Shown one piece after another: positions 19,004-29,050 of a DNA stretch of 64,000 nucleotides. Both the position numbers and the translations under genes were made by a program. The notes under the pieces were generated by a model that was not told the DNA's origin, made no database searches, and saw only the letters and a list, made by a program, of their open reading frames with translations. Numbering within the stretch: the stretch's first letter is position 1; every line of letters begins with the position of its first letter. The stretch covers positions 1,696,001-1,760,000 of the forward strand of contig CBDFJG010000003.1 of NCBI GenBank assembly GCA_965248445.1, read 5' to 3'. Source of the DNA: Planctomycetota bacterium. Its GTDB lineage: Bacteria; Planctomycetota; JAJSAM01; JAJVHW01.

Positions 19004-20260
19004 CTACTTGGACTCGCGGTCGGTCTCGTCCGCAAGCCGCTGGCGTTCGACACGTTCTTGGAACGCGCGTGTCAGCTTGCGCACTTCCTTGGCGTCGAAG
19101 ATGCCGGTTTCTTCCTCGGTGTGCTCGGACGTCACGATGTGGCCGACGTTCGAGAGCTCGACTTGCTCGAGCGGCGGCTGTTCGCCCGCTTCGACTGCCT
19201 CCGCTGCAGACTGACCGAGTTCCTCGTCCTCGAAGTCGTCGGTCTCCTCGACGGGATCCGGCGGGCGCTCTGCGTGGATCACCGACTCGGGCGTCCGCAG
19301 CCGCCGCTTGCCCTCGCCGCGGTTGTCGTAGAAGCGCATCGTCGGGTACGCGAAATCGATGTCGTCGTGCTTCGCGAATTCCTTGAGGACAGACGACCAG
19401 AGAGCGTGTTCCGACGAGCGGCGGCGGCGCGTGTCGCAGAGGTACCGGAGCGTCAGAGTGACGCCAATGTCCTCCACCTTCACCCACACGATCGGCGTGA
19501 ACCGCGTGTAATAGACCATGTACCGCGTTGAGGCGTCGTGCACCTGCTTCTGCGCGGCCTTCACCGAGTCCTTCGTCTGCTCGCCGACGATCCTCGTCAG
19601 GACGTTGTGTGCCTTCTCCCAGTTGCTCTCGAACGTGACCGTGATCGGAAGCTCGTTCCAGATGTGCTTGAAGCCCTGCGTGTAGTTGGCGATTACGTGG
19701 TTGAACACGGCACCGTTCGGGATGTGCAGGATCCGCCCGGTGCTCTGCTCTGCATCGACCCAGTTCCCGACCTCGAGCAGCGAGAACATCGAGAGGCGGA
19801 TGTCGATCACGTCTCCCTTCACGCGGTGCTCGCCGAAGTAGATCTCCACGCGGTCTTTCACGTCGAACGGCTCGCGAACGGTGATGTACATCCACCCGAA
19901 GACGTTCAGCAGCGGGTCCTTCAGCGCGATCGCGAGGCCGGCCGACGCGATGCTGATGAACTGGAACCAGTCTGCGTCCTTGGTCGAGATCCAGATGACG
20001 GCGATGGAGAAGAGCGTCACGACGCTGAGCACCGCGTTGCCGGCCTTGCGGACGTGGTAGCGCCGCCGTGGATGCTTGAACAGGCGGCTCGCCGGTTCGA
20101 CGAGGAACCGGCGCAGGAGCAAGAACGAGACGACGAGGAGGAGCGACTTGGTGAGGTTGTGGAGCACGTCGATGCTCCAGCCCTGATCGACGTCCCACCA
20201 ATCCTCGAGGGCCAGCCAGCCGCTGGCCAGAGTGTCGAAGATCCACTGGATGAGACCCAT
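19004..20260 (-). CDS. Small-conductance mechanosensitive channel (MscS family) with acidic C-tail
   Basis: AGLAIALKD...N..GW, PF.V.DRVEI, GDV.DI, TGRI.HIPN, AYPT. Confidence 0.92.
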   Translation of the reverse strand: MGLIQWIFDTLASGWLALEDWWDVDQGWSIDVLHNLTKSLLLVVSFLLLRRFLVEPASRLFKHPRRRYHVRKAGNAVLSVVTLFSIAVIWISTKDADWFQFISIASAGLAIALKDPLLNVFGWMYITVREPFDVKDRVEIYFGEHRVKGDVIDIRLSMFSLLEVGNWVDAEQSTGRILHIPNGAVFNHVIANYTQGFKHIWNELPITVTFESNWEKAHNVLTRIVGEQTKDSVKAAQKQVHDASTRYMVYYTRFTPIVWVKVEDIGVTLTLRYLCDTRRRRSSEHALWSSVLKEFAKHDDIDFAYPTMRFYDNRGEGKRRLRTPESVIHAERPPDPVEETDDFEDEELGQSAAEAVEAGEQPPLEQVELSNVGHIVTSEHTEEETGIFDAKEVRKLTRAFQERVERQRLADETDRESK

Positions 20261-20339
20261 GCGCGCCGCGCCCCCTGTAAGCCACCCCCAGGCATCCAGG
20301 GGCGCGGCATTCTAGCGCTCGCGTGTACGCTGCGCGCCC

Positions 20340-21296
20340 GTGAGTTCTCTGCGCGTCCACTGCCTCCACGAATTCGACGCCGAGGCGCTCACTGACCTGC
20401 GTGATCGACTCGTTCCCGAGGTCGAGCTCAACGTCTCGAAGACGATTCCGGAGCCTGCCGACTTCGATGTCCTCGTGGCAGGGCGGCCGGCCCCCGAGCA
20501 GTTGGACGTCAGTCCACGGCTCCGCACCGTCGTGATCCCGTGGGCCGGTGTTGCGCCGGCGCTTGTCAGCGCACTGGCGGAGCGTCCACAGATCACGCTT
20601 CACAACATCCACCACAATGCGGCGCCGACCGCGGAGTACGCCGTCGCGCTGCTGCTCGCTGCCGCGAAGGACGTGTGTCCCGCGGACGCACAGATGCGCA
20701 CACTCGACTGGCAGGACCGCGGCCGGTCGCACCGCGCGGTGCTGCTGGAGGGCCGCCGCGCGCTGGTGCTCGGCTACGGAGAGATCGGGCGCCGGGTCGC
20801 TGCAGCGCTGCGCGGAATCGGCATGACCGTCACCGGCGTGCGCCGCGCCGCGGGCGGCGACGCCGCGTCCGTCGATGATCTGGACGAGCTTCTGCCGCAG
20901 ACGGACGTGCTGATGGTGACGCTGCCGTTGACAGACGCCACGCGCGGTCTCATCGGGGCCAAGCAACTGGCGCTGCTGCCGCGAGGCGCGATCGTCGTGA
21001 ACGTCGGCCGCGGAGCCGTGTTCCGCGAGCACGCGCTGTTCGAGGCTCTCGACAGCGGGCATCTGCACGGCGCGGGCCTCGACGTCTGGTGGCGTTACCC
21101 GATGCCGGATGTCGAGCGAACGGTCCCGTCCGCTGCGCCTCTGCACACACTATCGAACGTCGTCATGAGCCCGCACCGCGCCGGCCACTGCGACCGCACC
21201 GAGGAACTCCGCATGACCGCGCTGGCGAAGACGCTCAACACCCTGGCGCGCGGCGCTGAGCCGCCGGGGCGTGTCGATCTCACGAAGGGGTACTGA
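20340..21296 (+). CDS. D-isomer-specific 2-hydroxyacid dehydrogenase
   Basis: GYGEIG Rossmann motif, LPLT..TRGLI, VNVGRG, GAGLDVW, SPH. Confidence 0.92.
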   Translation: MSSLRVHCLHEFDAEALTDLRDRLVPEVELNVSKTIPEPADFDVLVAGRPAPEQLDVSPRLRTVVIPWAGVAPALVSALAERPQITLHNIHHNAAPTAEYAVALLLAAAKDVCPADAQMRTLDWQDRGRSHRAVLLEGRRALVLGYGEIGRRVAAALRGIGMTVTGVRRAAGGDAASVDDLDELLPQTDVLMVTLPLTDATRGLIGAKQLALLPRGAIVVNVGRGAVFREHALFEALDSGHLHGAGLDVWWRYPMPDVERTVPSAAPLHTLSNVVMSPHRAGHCDRTEELRMTALAKTLNTLARGAEPPGRVDLTKGY

Positions 21297-21298
21297 GC

Positions 21299-23764
21299 AT
21301 GCGAAGATTCGCCGCCGCGCTGATTCTGGTCCTGGTCGCCGCGCCGGGACGCGGGCAGGAGGCGCCCGCCGCGCCACCTGAGCCCGAGCTGGTCGGGGGC
21401 GAGTGGCTCGTCCTGCCCGCCGTCGATACCCGCGGCCGGCAGCCGTTCAACCCGGACGCCGTGTTCGTGCGCTACCTGCTCGAACGGCCGTTCGCCGCGC
21501 CGAGCGAAGGCCAGACGGTGCGCGGAACGAACGGAGAACGCGAAACGTGGACCAAGGTGAGCGTTGACGAGCAGGGGCGGGTCCCCTGGACCGTGAAGCA
21601 CAGGCGCAACCACGTCGCGTGGGCGTACCGGACCTACGACAGCGACCACGAGAGGGTCGTCCTGGCGGACTGCAACCGCGGCGCCTCGCTGTTCGTCAAC
21701 GGCACCGGCTACGTCGGCGACATTTACAGCTTGAACACGGGCCCGGTTCCGGTGTTGCTCCGCAAGGGCGCGAACCACATCTTCGTGCGCGGTTCCCGCG
21801 GCGGCTCCAAACTGACGTTCAAGGACGTCGATCCCGCGATGCCGATCGTCCTCTCGGCCATGGACATGACGCTGCCGGACCTCGTCGTGGGAGAGGCGTA
21901 CGTCGGCGAGGCGGCGATCACGATCACCAATGCCAGCGCGGACTCGTGGATCGACTGGCTGGACCAGGCGCCGCCGGGTGATGCCACGTTCATCGATCCG
22001 CCCAGCATCGCGCCGCTCGCCGTCCTGAAGTTGCCGCTCCGCATCTCCGCACCGGCGATCTCCCCGGAGCCCGATGCGGCGGGTGCGCACACGATCCTGG
22101 TGCACTTCCCGGCGAAGGACCCGTTCAGCAGTGGGCCTCCGTTGAATGTCGGGACGATTTTGCCTCTGCGCGTGCGCGAGCCGGAGCAGGTGCGCAAAAT
22201 AACGTTCCGCTCGGCGCAGGACGATTCGGTGCAGTACTACGCCGTCCGTCCCCCGACCGGAGACGCGGCTGGTGTCGTGCTCTCCCTCCACGGTGCCGGG
22301 GTCAAGGCCCCTGCGCAGGCGCGTTCGTACGGCCCGAAGGAGGACCTCTGGATCTGCGCGCCGACCAACCGGCGTCCGTACGGGTTCGATTGGCAGGACT
22401 GGGGCCGGCGGGACGCGTACGAGGCGCTCGAACACGTACTCGCGGCGACCGGAGTCGATCCGGCCGAGGTCTACCTGACGGGCCACTCGATGGGCGGCCA
22501 CGGGACGTGGCACCTCGCAGCCAACGACCCGGACCGTTTCCGCGCGATCGGACCGAGTGCGGCATGGTCGCAGTTCGACAACGTCTGGGCCGGGCGCCCT
22601 AACGCGGCGCGCGACGAGCCGTGGCTGGGTGCGGACCGCGCGTCGGACACGATGTCGCTGATCGACAACCTCGCGCAGATCCCGACGTTCATCCTGCACG
22701 GCGAGAAGGATGACAACGTGCCGCTCAGCGAGGCCGAGCGGATGCTCGCCGCGCTGCGCGCGGCCGGAGCGGCGCCGCTCCATCACTTCGAGCCGGACAA
22801 GAAGCACTGGTGGGACGGCTACCCCGAACCCGGGACGGCTTGTGTGGACTGGCCCGCGATGTTCGAGTTGTTCTCCGCGCCGGAACAGGCGTCGCCGCAG
22901 AGCGGCCGCATGTCGTTTACGTCGGTGGACCCTGGTGTCGACTCGACCCACGGGTTCGTGACCGTCGAGCAGGTACTGGAATACGGGCAGTCCTTCCACG
23001 TCAGCAGCGAGCGCATGGGGAACGCCATTCACGTCGATACGCAGAACGTCGCCCATCTCCAGGTGACGTCGCCGTTGCCGGGGGAGGAGATCGTCTGGGT
23101 CCTGAACGGGACGACCGCCCACATGGGCGCCGAGCGATCACTCTGGTTCCACACGGACGGCGAGAAGTGGACGCTCGCCGACGGTGCGCCGCCGGCCGGC
23201 GAGAAGTCCTCCGTTCTCAGCGGGCCGTTCAAGCGCGCCTTCGACCGGAGATTCGTCATGGTGATCGGCACGGCCGGAGACGAGACCGAGAACGACACAC
23301 TGCTCGCCCGCGCGCGCTACGACGCGCAGGTGTGGAAGTACCGCGGGAACGGCCGCGGCGAGATCGTGACGGACGAGAACTTCAAGAAGGGTGACTACGC
23401 CGGCCGCAACGTGGTTCTCTACGGCAACGTCTCGACGAACACGGCCTGGACCACGGTGATCGGGGGCGACACGCCGATCGCGGCCGAGCGCGGCAAGCTC
23501 ACGGTGGGCGAGAAGACCTATGAGGGCGACGCGTACGCGGCGCTGTTCGTCCGCCCGCGAAAGGACGATCCCGCTGCGATCGTCGGCGTCTTCGCCGACA
23601 CCGGCGTCGCCGGATCGCGACTCGGCTACAACGTGCTCACGTTCGTCTCGGGCGTGGGGTACCCGGACTACACGGTCTTCTCACCGACCGTGCTGCACGC
23701 CGGCACCGACGGCGTCCTCGAGGCGGGCTGGTTCGACGTGAAGTGGAAGATCCAGCAGGAGTAG
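21299..23764 (+). CDS. Secreted alpha/beta-hydrolase (prolyl oligopeptidase-like)
   Basis: Signal peptide; LHGAG, GHSMGG nucleophile elbow, HGEKDDNVP, HWW. Confidence 0.88.
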   Translation: MRRFAAALILVLVAAPGRGQEAPAAPPEPELVGGEWLVLPAVDTRGRQPFNPDAVFVRYLLERPFAAPSEGQTVRGTNGERETWTKVSVDEQGRVPWTVKHRRNHVAWAYRTYDSDHERVVLADCNRGASLFVNGTGYVGDIYSLNTGPVPVLLRKGANHIFVRGSRGGSKLTFKDVDPAMPIVLSAMDMTLPDLVVGEAYVGEAAITITNASADSWIDWLDQAPPGDATFIDPPSIAPLAVLKLPLRISAPAISPEPDAAGAHTILVHFPAKDPFSSGPPLNVGTILPLRVREPEQVRKITFRSAQDDSVQYYAVRPPTGDAAGVVLSLHGAGVKAPAQARSYGPKEDLWICAPTNRRPYGFDWQDWGRRDAYEALEHVLAATGVDPAEVYLTGHSMGGHGTWHLAANDPDRFRAIGPSAAWSQFDNVWAGRPNAARDEPWLGADRASDTMSLIDNLAQIPTFILHGEKDDNVPLSEAERMLAALRAAGAAPLHHFEPDKKHWWDGYPEPGTACVDWPAMFELFSAPEQASPQSGRMSFTSVDPGVDSTHGFVTVEQVLEYGQSFHVSSERMGNAIHVDTQNVAHLQVTSPLPGEEIVWVLNGTTAHMGAERSLWFHTDGEKWTLADGAPPAGEKSSVLSGPFKRAFDRRFVMVIGTAGDETENDTLLARARYDAQVWKYRGNGRGEIVTDENFKKGDYAGRNVVLYGNVSTNTAWTTVIGGDTPIAAERGKLTVGEKTYEGDAYAALFVRPRKDDPAAIVGVFADTGVAGSRLGYNVLTFVSGVGYPDYTVFSPTVLHAGTDGVLEAGWFDVKWKIQQE

Positions 23765-23766
23765 CC

Positions 23767-24297
23767 GTGTCCCGCCGCGTCGTTCTCGTTCCCTACGACC
23801 CGGCGTGGCCCGACTGGTTCGAACGGGAGGCCGCCGAGCTGCGCGACGTCTTGGGTGACATCGCTCTCGACGTTCATCACATCGGCAGCACGTCCGTGCC
23901 CGGGCTCACGGCGAAACCCGTCATGGACATGATCCCCGTGATCGAGAGCCTCGCTGCGATCGATGCGCGGCGTCCGCAGATCGAGGCCGCGGGGTACGCG
24001 TGGCGCGGCGAACTCGGCATCGCCCGCCGCCGCTACCTGACGCGCGGCCACGAGGGCCCGCAGGACCTCCATGCGCACTGCTTCGCCGCAGGAGATCCGC
24101 AGATTGCGCGGCACCTGCTCTTTCGCGACGTGCTGCGCACGGATGAGTGCGTTACCGCGGAGTACGTGGCGCTCAAGCTCGCCCTGCGTGATCGCTTCCC
24201 GAACCACGGCTACGCGTACGCCGACGCCAAGGACGAGTTCGTGGCCCGTGTCCTCCGGAACGCCGGATGGGTTGCGCCCGGCGGCACGGAGCCCTAA
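23767..24297 (+). CDS. GrpB family (UPF0157) protein
   Basis: YDPAWP..FE.E, HIGSTSVPGL.AKP..D, FRD.LR, Y..AK..FV. Confidence 0.92.
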   Translation: MSRRVVLVPYDPAWPDWFEREAAELRDVLGDIALDVHHIGSTSVPGLTAKPVMDMIPVIESLAAIDARRPQIEAAGYAWRGELGIARRRYLTRGHEGPQDLHAHCFAAGDPQIARHLLFRDVLRTDECVTAEYVALKLALRDRFPNHGYAYADAKDEFVARVLRNAGWVAPGGTEP

Positions 24298-24355
24298 CGT
24301 CTTCGGCACGTGGAGTGCCGCTCGAAGCACGGCGGCCCAACCCGGAGGGAAGAAG

Positions 24356-24919
24356 ATGTCACGCAGATCAATGGGACCCGTCTTCGCAATCGTCGTCGCT
24401 GCATTGGTGTTTACGCTCCCTGAGACCGGACTATCGAAGTTCGGACCCTTCTCGGTCACGGGGACGAACTGGGACGTGGCCGGGAAGATCAAGGCGAAGG
24501 TCAAGGGCGTGGGCAAGACCAAGGAGGACGTGACAGCCAGCGTCCGCTTCCTGAGTGACACGCTCCTCGAACTGGAAGACAGCGAGGGCAACCTCATCCA
24601 GGCCGACTACACCGGCGGTCAGATTGACGAGGACGGCAAAGGCTCCAAGAAGCTCACCGTCGTGCTGACGCCGCAGCAGCTCGACAGCGCGGAGGCGGAG
24701 CTCGCGGAGTTCGCCACCGACCTTGCCGTCGAGAACGGCTTGCCGGCGATCACGCCCACCATCGAGATCACCAAGCAGAAGGTGAAGGGCAAGCTGGCCA
24801 AGAACGGAGAGCTGCTGAAGGTCAAGGCGAAGTTCAAGTTCACGGCCTCGGCTCTTGGTCAGAGCGCGAACGGCAAGTTCCAGATCAAGGCCAAGGGACC
24901 CCAGGCCCCCAGCGAATAG
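24356..24919 (+). CDS. Secreted hypothetical protein with Lys-rich amphipathic beta strands
   Basis: GGAGG RBS, N-terminal hydrophobic stretch, strongly GC3-biased codons. Confidence 0.7.
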   Translation: MSRRSMGPVFAIVVAALVFTLPETGLSKFGPFSVTGTNWDVAGKIKAKVKGVGKTKEDVTASVRFLSDTLLELEDSEGNLIQADYTGGQIDEDGKGSKKLTVVLTPQQLDSAEAELAEFATDLAVENGLPAITPTIEITKQKVKGKLAKNGELLKVKAKFKFTASALGQSANGKFQIKAKGPQAPSE

Positions 24920-24953
24920 ACACACCGAAGAGTAGGCGCACAGGAGAGATCGC

Positions 24954-25301
24954 ATGTCCTCACCGAACGACCCACCGGGTGCTGAGATGACCGTCGCGCT
25001 TTACAAGCCGTTCGACGGCAAGGACGCGGAGCTGCGCGAGATCATCAAGCGCCACGTTCCCTACCTGCGCAGCGAGGGCCTCGCGACCGACCGGCCCGTG
25101 GTCCACATGCGCGCAGAGAACGGCACGTACGTCGAGATCTTCGAGTGGGTTCCCGGCGCTGCGGAGGCGGCTCATTCGCACGACGGCGTGATGAAGATGT
25201 GGGGCGAGATGATGGCGGTCGCCGATTTCCCCGAGTTCCACGAGCTGGCCGAGAGCCAGCGCCGCTTCCCGCACTTCACGGCCGTCGATGACTTGGTCTA
25301 G
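24954..25301 (+). CDS. Hypothetical protein, possibly a dimeric alpha-beta barrel
   Basis: AGGAG RBS; YKP..GK..EL...H and VEIFEW motifs. Confidence 0.7.
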   Translation: MSSPNDPPGAEMTVALYKPFDGKDAELREIIKRHVPYLRSEGLATDRPVVHMRAENGTYVEIFEWVPGAAEAAHSHDGVMKMWGEMMAVADFPEFHELAESQRRFPHFTAVDDLV

Positions 25302-25764
25302 CTGACGCGCTCCGGCGACCAGCAGACGACGTGCAACGACTCGACGAAGTGCAACAGAGGTGCGGTATCGGGCAGCTCGATGCCTGTCGCCGCCGCCATG
25401 GTGTTCTCCGAGATCTCGGCCCAGGCTGGCGCGAGCGGCCATGGCGGGTGGCTGATCTCACCGCGTAGCAGGCCATCCGCGCCCGCTGCGTACAGGCAGT
25501 AACGCGCAGTGAGCCAGTGGTCGAGCGTCGCGGCTGTCGCTTCGTTCGGCATCGCCGTCGCTGCGTACTTCGCACGGAGGACTGCCGGCGGCGCGCCGGC
25601 GTGCGTTCTCTCGCTCACGTAGACGGTGGTTCCGTCGCCGCTCTTCTTGCACGACATCAGCGCGTCGAAGTAGGGGAGGTGGAACCACCGGCGCGCCACA
25701 CGGACGGCCAGGCGGCTGGCGGCGTCGAGGGAGAAGAACCAGACGCCGGGCTTGTCTCCGTGCC
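25298..25764 (-). pseudogene. YqjF/DUF2071 family gene, 5' half missing at the IS66 end
   Basis: PGVWFFSLDA...AR..FHLPY, WLTARYCLY, I.HPPWPL; the frame stops at the IS66 IR and no N-terminus lies on the far side. Confidence 0.85.
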
Positions 25765-27264
25765 GTAACCGTTCACCCCTTCGTCGCGAGCCAGGATCCA
25801 GATCGTTCGGCCATCGGTCGATCAAGATGTTGTGGGCGAGCGGCAGGACGAGGATCTGCGGGCGATGGTCGAGGGCCTTCTGGCCTGGATCGAGGAGCTG
25901 GAGCGTCGCGAAGCGAAGCATCTGCGCCGCATCGACGAGCTCGAGTCGCGTCTGAAGCGTGACTCCCGCAACAGCTCGAGGCCTCCGTCGTCGGACCCGG
26001 CGTGGTCCAAGCGCCGTCGCGGCCGAAGGCCGCGTAGCGGTCGCAAGCAGGGCGGACAGCCGGGCCATGAGGGCACGGCGCGCGAGCTGGTGGATCCGTC
26101 CAACGTCGATGAGACCAAGGAGCACCGTCCCGACCTCTGCGACGCGTGCGGACACGACGATCTCGAGCAGGGCATCGGCGATCCGTACCGGCACCAGGTG
26201 ACGGTGCTCCCGCGCGTGCTCGTCACGGTGCGGGAGCACCGGCTGCACAAGGCGCGGTGCCGGCGCTGTCGTGCGGTCACGACGGCGGTCCTGCCCGATG
26301 GCGTGCCGACCGGGGCCTTCGGTCCGCGGCTGACCACACTTGCCGGCGCGCTGCGCGGCGTGTACCGCGTGAGCGTGCGGGAGACGCAGCGGCTGCTCGG
26401 TGAGATCTTCGGTGTGAAGATGTCGCTGGGCAAGATCAGCGACTGTGAGCGTCGGCTCAGTGACGCTCTGCACTCGTCGTACCTCGAAGCCCTCGGGGCA
26501 GTCCGCACGTCGCTGCGAGCCAACGTGGACGAGACGTCGTGGAAGGAACGGGGCCGGGTGTGCTGGCTGTGGGCGGCGGAGAGCGAGCACGCCACAGCCT
26601 TCGGGATCGATCGCCGCCGCAGTGCCAAGGCGAAAGGGCGGCTGATCGGGCGGCGCTTCGGTGGCACGGTGATCAGCGACCGGATGGGTGCCTACGAGTC
26701 ACACCCACTTGCCCGCCGCCAGCTCTGCTGGGCGCACATCGAGCGCGCCTTCCGTGCGCTGGCCGAAGGCCCGCGAGAACATCGCCGCTTCGGCAACAAG
26801 GGCGTCATGATCGCGCAGTCGGTCATGCGCAGCTACCGGCTCTTCGGTGAGCACGGCGACCGTGACCGGCTGCAAGGCGAAGCCGCTGTGCTGCGCGGAC
26901 GGCTCGAGCGACTGATCGCGAACGACGACTCGGCTCTGGCCAACCATCTGCGCCCCCGCGTGGTCGCCCTCTTCACCTATGCGCGGACCCAGGACGTGAG
27001 TCCGACGAACAACGCCGCCGAGCGCGCGGTCCGCAAAGCGGTGCTCTGGCGCAAGGGCTCCTTCGGAAGCCAGTCCGCTCGCGGACTCCGCTTCGCCGAG
27101 CGCGTGTTGACCGCCGCGGCCACGCTGCGACGCCGTGGCGACCAAGTCTTCGACTTCCTCGCCGACTCGGTCGCCGCGCACCTCACCGGCGCCGACCCGC
27201 CCGTCATGGTCCCGCTGCCCGTCGCACGCTGAGGCTCACACGCTGTCAAGGGGTGAACGGTTAC
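25765..27264 (+). mobile_element. IS66-family element (single-ORF, ISBst12-like)
   Basis: Perfect 17-bp IRs GTAACCGTTCACCCCTT (25765-25781) and AAGGGGTGAACGGTTAC (27248-27264). Confidence 0.93.
25832..27232 (+). CDS. IS66-family transposase
   Basis: NSSRPPSSD, GGQPGHEG, Zn finger, DET, SDR, QLCWAH, TNNAAERAVR. Confidence 0.95.
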   Translation: MGERQDEDLRAMVEGLLAWIEELERREAKHLRRIDELESRLKRDSRNSSRPPSSDPAWSKRRRGRRPRSGRKQGGQPGHEGTARELVDPSNVDETKEHRPDLCDACGHDDLEQGIGDPYRHQVTVLPRVLVTVREHRLHKARCRRCRAVTTAVLPDGVPTGAFGPRLTTLAGALRGVYRVSVRETQRLLGEIFGVKMSLGKISDCERRLSDALHSSYLEALGAVRTSLRANVDETSWKERGRVCWLWAAESEHATAFGIDRRRSAKAKGRLIGRRFGGTVISDRMGAYESHPLARRQLCWAHIERAFRALAEGPREHRRFGNKGVMIAQSVMRSYRLFGEHGDRDRLQGEAAVLRGRLERLIANDDSALANHLRPRVVALFTYARTQDVSPTNNAAERAVRKAVLWRKGSFGSQSARGLRFAERVLTAAATLRRRGDQVFDFLADSVAAHLTGADPPVMVPLPVAR

Positions 27265-27335
27265 CCTCGGCCTACGGGGCGGCAGCATGGGGACAGTCTA
27301 GACGGCTCGATGTTCCCTTGCCTGCCGCCGGAGAC

Positions 27336-27468
27336 GGAACGCTCCAAGGGTGGAACGGTCGGTTCGATCGTGCGGACAGGGGGGGAGTGGATAACCCCTC
27401 GACACATTTTTGGGAAGTCCGAGTTCTGGAGCGCCCCCAGTCGCCGCGGATCGCCGTGCGCCTGCACG
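27336..27468 (+). repeat. Conserved intergenic leader, copy 1 (upstream of the DUF4328 gene)
   Basis: GGAACGC.CCA.G...GAACGGTCG.TTCGATC..GCGGA..GGGGGGAGTG.AT...TTTTGGG.AA shared with 28486-28634. Confidence 0.8.
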
Positions 27469-27498
27469 TCAGCATGACGCCCGTCCTACCATGTCGTC

Positions 27499-28473
27499 GT
27501 GGGGATCATGCAACCGACCATCGTCTACCGGGACCCGCGACCAATCTCGGGCACGGTCGCCGTGCTCCTCGGCGTCGCAGCCGTCCTCTCGGTCTGTGGG
27601 ATCTTGCTGGATGCCGGGGTGCTCGACTCGCTGGACCGACTCGCTCTCGGCGGCAACCAGGCGGAGAAGTTCGAACGCGCGTTCGCATCGGTAGTGCGTC
27701 TTGAGCAATCTGACGTGGTGCTCTGGGTTCTGACGGGCGTCGCGTTCGTTCTGTGGATGCGTCGCGCCGCAATCAACAACATGGCGTTGGGCGCCAAGAA
27801 GATGCGGCACGGTCCCAGAGCGGGTTACTGGTTCTTGGTTCCCCTTGCGCACGCGATCGTCCCCTGCCTGGCCGTCGCAGAGGCGTGGCGAGCCAGCGGT
27901 CGCGGCAGAGGTGAGACGTGGAAGACGAACTCGACTTCCCCCCTCGTCATCGCTTGGTGGATCGCGTTCGTCGTCTCGTTCGTGGGCGGGCAGTTAGTGT
28001 TCGTCATCGCCGACTGGGAAGACGTCGAGTCAGTGCAACGGCTCTTTCGGTGGGATGTCGGGCGACGCGGAGGCCGCGTGCTCGCCGCGATCCTCGCGGT
28101 CGCCGTTGTCTTGGGCATCTCAACTCGCCAGAGGGCGAAGCTGCACGCGCTGGAGACCGCCGAGAACCGGCTCACGCTGGACGGGGCGTCGAGGAGAGTC
28201 GTCAGCCAAGCGACGGCCTCTGCGGCGCCAGCAGCACATGCATTCGACGGCGGAGAAGGAAGCAGCCGTGAGGAGCAGTCTTCGGAGAATCGCGTCATAC
28301 AGTCGTCCCGCGATGTGCCAACTGCGCAGCGTCGGCGCGTCCAAGACGCATCCAGTTCCGCAATCGTGCGGCTCTGCGATGGTTGTGCGGGCGAACTTGA
28401 GCGAGAGGGCTCGGTTGTCGAGTCGTTCGGCGCTCGCGGGGGCGCCTGTGAGATGTGCCACCCGCCGCTGTAA
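27499..28473 (+). CDS. DUF4328-domain membrane protein with C-terminal CxxC...CxxC
   Basis: F..WM.RA..N, WF.VP, E.WRAS, AWW motifs; terminal CDGC/CEMC. Confidence 0.8.
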   Translation: MGIMQPTIVYRDPRPISGTVAVLLGVAAVLSVCGILLDAGVLDSLDRLALGGNQAEKFERAFASVVRLEQSDVVLWVLTGVAFVLWMRRAAINNMALGAKKMRHGPRAGYWFLVPLAHAIVPCLAVAEAWRASGRGRGETWKTNSTSPLVIAWWIAFVVSFVGGQLVFVIADWEDVESVQRLFRWDVGRRGGRVLAAILAVAVVLGISTRQRAKLHALETAENRLTLDGASRRVVSQATASAAPAAHAFDGGEGSSREEQSSENRVIQSSRDVPTAQRRRVQDASSSAIVRLCDGCAGELEREGSVVESFGARGGACEMCHPPL

Positions 28474-28485
28474 CAGCGCCGAGCG

Positions 28486-28634
28486 GGAACGCCCCAGGAG
28501 AGAACGGTCGATTCGATCGCGGATGCGGGGGGAGTGAATGGCCTGCCCCGATAGTTTTGGGGAATCGGGAACCTCCGGCTCGTACGCCACGCGAGCGCCG
28601 CGTGCCCCCGCCGCGGAGGCGGCGTACGCTCACG
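28486..28634 (+). repeat. Conserved intergenic leader, copy 2 (upstream of the YHYH gene)
   Basis: Aligns by eye with 27336-27468. Confidence 0.8.
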
Positions 28635-28678
28635 GCGCCGACGCGCCCCCGTGCGCGTTTCACCAACAGGGGGTAGCC

Positions 28679-29050
28679 ATGCCAAGACCTTGGCTCAGGA
28701 CCACACTCGCCGTCGGAGTTGTCATCTCGCTTGCGACGCTGGCCGTCGCTCACGGCGGAGGTCTCGACTCGCAGGGCGGCCACAACGACCGCAGTGCTGG
28801 CACGTACCACTTCCACCGCGGAGCGCTCGCGGGACGATCGTTCTCGTCGAAGTCTGCGGCCGCCACGGCGCTGCGGAAGCACAACGCTGCCGCGGCAAGC
28901 ACCGCTGACGACAAGGCGGCAGACAACGATCCAAAGCGCGTGCTGACGCGCGCCACTACGGCGAAGAAGGTGGACGCGCTGATCGCCGTGCTGGTGCGGA
29001 AGGGGTCGGTGACTGAGAGGGAACTCGCGGCTGAACTGAAGAAGCGGTAG
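28679..29050 (+). CDS. Secreted YHYH-domain protein
   Basis: Signal peptide, then HGGGLDSQGGHNDR..GTYHFH. Confidence 0.85.
   Translation: MPRPWLRTTLAVGVVISLATLAVAHGGGLDSQGGHNDRSAGTYHFHRGALAGRSFSSKSAAATALRKHNAAAASTADDKAADNDPKRVLTRATTAKKVDALIAVLVRKGSVTERELAAELKKR

Noticed and set aside
18435..21146. 903-aa minus-strand ORF and other long Arg-rich ORFs (e.g. 21095-23122, 31671-33482, 16509-18389)
   Set aside because: Shadow or off-frame ORFs of real genes in GC-rich DNA; only 18435-18947 of the first looks coding
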